Source: Parachlamydiales bacterium (GTDB lineage Bacteria; Chlamydiota; Chlamydiia; Chlamydiales; JAJFMK01). Taken from it: DNA of 18,192 nt. The stretch is from positions 1 through 18,192 of the forward strand of contig CAVXVG010000010.1 of the NCBI GenBank assembly GCA_963765145.1, given 5' to 3'. A program made the position numbers and the translations under genes. This document shows, one piece after another, positions 17,878-18,192 of the stretch (position 1 is the stretch's first letter; each line of letters starts with the position of its first letter). The notes under the pieces are model-generated. The model searched no databases and was not told the DNA's origin. It saw only the letters and a program-made list of their open reading frames with translations.

Positions 17878-17990
17878 ATCAGTCCGTTAAAAAAGCCACT
17901 CCGAGGTCTAAGCGAGTCGATTCTCTCCACTTTCCACGATTCTGTTCGCTTACCTGGATTTTAGCCATAAAATGGCTAAGGAACGGGCCG

Positions 17991-18192
17991 TCACCATGGA
18001 TTCGGGTAAGCTGTAGTGGAGGATGAGCTCGTCGGCGCGGTGGTATCTAACTTCCGGAGGCGGTCGAAGATTTCGAGTCCTTCGAGAGTGCGACCCGACT
18101 GGAAGTAGAGAGTGCCCAGCTTTTGCAATGAGTCCAAATGGTGAGGCCTTAAGTTTGACGCATCAACAAAGGCTTGCAGCTCTTCCTCTTTT
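17991..18192 (-). CDS. 3' end of a TPR-like protein (5' truncated by window edge; possible frameshift near 18040)
   Basis: Hand translation from 18191: KEEELQAFVDASNLRPHHLDSLQKLGTLYFQSGRTLEGLEIFDRLRKLD..., a TPR-like helix pattern. In-frame TGA at 17993-17991. Confidence 0.65.
   Translation of the reverse strand, partial: KEEELQAFVDASNLRPHHLDSLQKLGTLYFQSGRTLEGLEIFDRLRKLDTTAPTSSSSTTAYPNPW

Noticed and set aside
17773..18026. 73-aa plus-strand ORF MHQMRRMRR... and the MRQMRRN extension of the AlbA_2 ORF
   Set aside because: The Met-Arg-Arg periodicity is simply the translation of the 9-nt AATGAGGCG repeats. RBS position favours ATG 17772.

Overview
Mostly housekeeping and envelope region from a member of the Chlamydiae, probably an environmental lineage (inferred from gene content and order). 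Left to right: type II secretion secretin gspD (runs off the left edge), its conserved upstream chlamydial partner gene, dsbD (split by an apparent frameshift), divergent tolQ-tolR-tolA-tolB, an orphan two-helix membrane protein where pal would be expected, tatD, a NodZ-like fucosyltransferase, a coupled minus-strand operon (GT9 heptosyltransferase-like, eukaryote-type UDP-GlcNAc pyrophosphorylase, gpsA, nnr), an AT-rich, multiply frameshifted Schlafen/AlbA_2-HATPase_c_4-wHTH gene, and the 3' end of a TPR-like gene. The main unexplained structure is intergenic: (A) two copies of a long-hairpin element built from 9-nt AACAGGATG units (3621-3726, 7158-7281); (B) an unrelated REPIN-like doublet that supplies the tatD stop codon (10702-10797); (C) three alternating-orientation boxes of a 9-nt AAATGAGGC unit over the RBS and promoter region of the AlbA_2 gene (17779-17877). 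No transposase, tRNA, rRNA or CRISPR array is visible. All family calls come from motif recognition, not database searches.
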